Below, piece after piece: positions 60,418-64,000 of a DNA stretch of 64,000 bases. Below the pieces are notes generated by a model. That model did not search any database. It was not told the DNA's origin and saw only the letters and a program-made list of their open reading frames with translations. The stretch is from Eledone cirrhosa (taxonomy: Eukaryota), in NCBI GenBank assembly GCA_964016885.1, contig OZ024742.1, forward strand, positions 148,304,001 through 148,368,000, in the 5' to 3' direction. A program made the position numbers and the translations under genes. Every line of letters begins with the position of its first letter. Positions within the stretch are counted from its first letter, which is position 1.

Positions 60418-60880
60418 ATATTGTTATGCTTTGGGAGGGTCATGTTGCCAATAAGAAACACACGCACCACATGTTTTCACTCCAATTTATTATAAATTAA
60501 ATTTATAAATTTAAGAATTTATAAATTTCCGGTTGGTTGGTTGGTTCCATAACCGGACGGTTGTTCATATATTGTCAAAGTTCTTTCGTCACACAGGAGA
60601 GGCACAAAACAAAGAAAAGAATCCCCAGTCACTGAAGAGGTCACAGAATTTGTGACGAAAGAACTTTGACAATATATGAACAACCGTCCGGTTATCGAAC
60701 CAACCAACCAACCGGAAATTTATAAATTCTTACATTTATAAATTTAATTTATAATAAATTGGAGTGAAAGCAACTGGTCGTGTTTCTTATTGGCAACATG
60801 ACCCTCCCAAAGTATAACAATATCAGTTTCAACACACGTTTTCAGATAAAGAATCTTGCTAAACAAATTCAGAAACGAAA
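60418..60880 (+). mobile_element. ORF-less PLE relic forming a ~175-bp-arm palindrome plus tail, between (TA)n tracts
   Basis: Arms 60418-60593 and 60651-60823 are near-perfect reverse complements. The spacer and right arm contain a hammerhead, and a ~55-bp tail leads into (TA)n. Confidence 0.82.
60628..60670 (+). ncRNA. Minimal type I hammerhead ribozyme
   Basis: GTCA-CTGAAGA-G-GTCACA/TGTGAC-GAAA-GAAC-TT-TGAC. Predicted cut after 60666. Confidence 0.78.
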
Positions 60881-60949
60881 TATATATATATATACATATA
60901 TGTATATATATATATACATATTATATATATACATATATTATATATATAC

Positions 60950-61041
<92 letters not shown>

Positions 61042-61414
61042 TGTATAGGTGTATAGTTATATAATTATATATGATAATGACATACGTATAATGACATGTG
61101 TATAACTGATAATGTGATAATGACATGTGTATAACTATAACATACGTAGTCACGCTGTCATCAGTATTTCAATCCCCCGATTATAACACCTAACTAGAAT
61201 ATACAATAAAACAGTTATTATTTGCATATCACAAATAATCATATTCTTACAGTAAGTGCCAAGGGGCATAACCACAAATACAAAATTATACGTTTTACAA
61301 CTATATCTCAGATATTCAAGGCTTTATCTATTTGTCTATTGATTTTTATAGAATAAATTTTGAAGTTTTATGCATATTTTAAGATATATTTCACAAATAC
61401 ACCCCCCCCCCCCA

Positions 61415-61535
<121 letters not shown>

Positions 61536-61626
61536 TATGTATAGAGATGTATGACATACATTTTCTGAGAGAGACTCAGGTGCCGATCTGGTCACTAGAT
61601 GCGACATCGGCGCGATTGAGTCATTT

Positions 61627-62042
61627 CTAATGCAATCCTAACTTAGATGAACTGGTCATGTCCTACGGATGCCTGAGGACCGCACGCCCAAAGTACGGTT
61701 ATACAGTTAACTTCATAATGGTGCAAATAATGTTGGTAGACCATTACTCAGATATAAAGAAAAGGTCTTAGCTGCTGACCGTGTAAAAATGAGAAATAAC
61801 TTCCATGAGGATATAAAGAAATTAAAATATTTTCGTCTGGTCCATCTTCGTGATCTAAGATCTAACACCAAGATTCGATCAAACCTTCTATTCTGCTCCC
61901 CTCAAAATCCTGTCATCTACATCAAATGTGGCTTGATATGTAAATCAGCCGCAAGGCTGAAGCGCCATGTAAGGCATAACCATAGAAAAAGAATCAATCA
62001 CGTGACATCGAGGTCAATCAGTGGAAATTTTAGTAAGTAAGT
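61627..62042 (+). mobile_element. Degenerate 3' end of an RTE-clade LINE
   Basis: The frame from 61627 reads LR*TGHVLRMPEDRTPK..LYS*L..G....GRPLLRYK, then a C2H2-like CGLICKSAARLKRHVRHNH. Ends in a short (TAAG)n tail. Confidence 0.8.
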
Positions 62043-62523
62043 TAATTTTATAATTTTCTTATTTTACGTCTCTCATATTATTGTTCTGCAACCCCATGCA
62101 TTGAACCACAAAGTTACTAAGACAAAACCTATATATTTGCTTGCATTGATATGCATCCGTATGTATATATATGTTACTAGATATTAATTCTTTATAATTA
62201 TCTCCAAATTATTTGTCGAGCAATATTGTCCATGACTGCTGCTATGGTAGCAGGCAGGCCGCTGGCTTATTAGCAAACTACTTTCCACTGATTGACCTCG
62301 ATGTCACGTGATTGATTCTTTTTGAATTTGCCACCGACGCAGAGGCAGTGATTTTCTCAATGGCTAGGAATTCAGTCCACGCTTTGCTATTTTCTATCCA
62401 CTGAATTATTTTTTAATAAGTTTCCAGAGTCCACGCTTAGATGAGAATAGTCTTCCCTGACCCTATATATTTGCTAGCATTGATATGCATCTGTATGTAT
62501 ATATATGTTACTAGATATTAATT

Positions 62524-62558
<35 letters not shown>

Positions 62559-62684
62559 ATAAGAAACGGAGAATCAGTGTTGCGACGAATAAAATGTATT
62601 ATACATATTACAATTGTTTTTCCGGCGACCAGCTCGAGGCACGATCGATGTAATACTCGAACCGGACTCTGAAATCGCAAGGTC

Positions 62685-62687
<3 letters not shown>

Positions 62688-62770
<83 letters not shown>

Positions 62771-62866
62771 TGTATGTATGTATGTATGTATGTATGTATG
62801 TATGTATGTATTATGTATGTATGTATGTATGTATGTATGTATGTATGTATGTATGTATGTATGTAT
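62688..62866. repeat. (TA)n(TATG)n compound microsatellite
   Basis: Direct reading. Confidence 0.98.
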
Positions 62867-63492
62867 GCCAGGTCACCAGTCGGTGCTACTGGTAACATGT
62901 ATCCCAGTACAACCTGTCTCATGGTCGGGTCGTTGGCGACTAAACTGGCAACCCCACCAACGTTTCTTGGTGAGGAGGGTGACTTTGGACATCCTGCAGG
63001 ACTAAAAACAAAACCTGTCAAAGGGCAAAGGAGCTCTTAAGAGTCGATGGCCATCCAAAATCACCGGCAGAGATGACCCCTTAGACTTTGTCAAGGCAGA
63101 ATTCTAAGAGAAGGAAAACTCTGATATAACACCTGCAACTCTGATGGTATCCAATGATGTTGACTTGTTCTTCTTTTTGGTAAATATCATCTTGGTTAAG
63201 AGAGTGGGACTGGCTTTGTGCAGTGCCTTTGCTCACTATAAAAGCTTCACGGCACAGGCATTGCTTTATATCTGGAGATATCTCTGCACTTGTCGTCACA
63301 TGGTACCATGGGCCCAGCACTATGTGTCAATAATTGTCACAAGTGTAGTGTTTGTACCAGAGTTTTCAAGTCGCTGGCTGGACTAAAAAGTCACACTCGT
63401 TCAGCGCATCGGTAGGGGTTCTCCTACATGGATATAAGGTAGTGGCCGTACTCGAAAACGAGTTGGCAGCCATCATGTATGTATGTATGTAT
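62867..63492 (+). mobile_element. Internally deleted RTE-like retroelement (5'UTR-like head + 3' end) within (TATG)n
   Basis: 63335-63415 reads CHKCSVCTRVFKSLAGLKSHTRSAHR* (C2H2 finger typical of RTE ORF ends), followed by a short UTR and (ATGT)n tail. The GC-richer 5' part resembles an RTE leader (inference). Confidence 0.6.
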
Positions 63493-63607
63493 ACGTATTG
63501 TTATTACTCTGGGGTACCTTTCCCCATCCGAGTGGTAAAGCTACAGACCGAATTTGCATTCGTTAGCTTGGCCGCGAACTAAAGCTTCGTTAATGCTGTA
63601 CTAAATT

Positions 63608-63687
<80 letters not shown>

Positions 63688-63712
63688 ATAGACGTTCTTG
63701 TGAGCAATTAAA

Positions 63713-63776
63713 TTTTATTATACATATTTCAGAGGTACTTGAATCAAGTTCAATAGTACGTCCTCATCAGATAAAA
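63713..63776 (-). ncRNA. Minimal type I hammerhead ribozyme (same family as 55179-55242), ~30 nt upstream of (TA)n
   Basis: On the - strand: TTTTAT-CTGATGA-GGACGTAC..TTGAA/TTCAA-GTACCTCT-GAAA-TATGTA-TA-ATAAAA. Confidence 0.8.
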
Positions 63777-64000
63777 TAAAATGATACATGACATACCCTG
63801 ACATGTTAAATGGTTAAGATTTAATCAAGGTAGTGATTAACTTGTGAGAAAACTCAATATGTATACCCTACAAATGAGAACATGCAAAAACGTAATAGAA
63901 TCAATAGAGAGGGTGTGAGTAAGAAAAAGATTGCTTTAATGCAGTTATAGAGTTATTAAAGTTTGAAATACTACTGTAGGACTATAGAGGAAGACTATAC

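Noticed and set aside
62580-62690. Possible further hammerhead on the minus strand (ATGAGGAC...TAATATGTATAAT)
   Set aside because: Both the CUGA and GAAA boxes are broken and the stems are not convincing.
63991-64000. AAGACTATAC matches the U3 snoRNA 5' end
   Set aside because: Only 10 nt at the window edge, within probable PLE UTR sequence, so it is likely chance.

Overview
Eukaryotic, repeat-dominated DNA with no confidently identifiable host gene. The tRNA-derived SINE types and the density of (TA)n/(CA)n tracts suggest a coleoid cephalopod such as Octopus (inference). Positions 1-~42,420 are one satellite array with a 54-bp monomer (33-bp + 21-bp subunits). It contains nested higher-order repeats (~0.65 kb, 1607, 2178 and 7160 bp) and a 1.34-kb inverted block whose two junctions are palindromic. 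All the long Val/Met-, Thr/Ile- and Gly/Cys-rich ORFs are readings of this satellite. Positions ~42.8-51.3 kb hold SINEs with target-site duplications, an LTR-like insert, a hAT MITE and microsatellites. Positions ~51.4-64 kb hold a stack of Penelope-like retroelements (PLEs) inserted into (TA)n tracts. These are two 5'-truncated RT+GIY-YIG elements (one Naiad-like, with an inverted pLTR and a ~35-bp TSD) and several ORF-less relics. I read eight hammerhead-ribozyme motifs there (five convincing, three degenerate), including two copies of a rare U3-A8 core variant. Several insertions share an inverted-arm/sense-copy/tail/(TA)n architecture with recurrent breakpoints. RTE-type LINE relics are also present.
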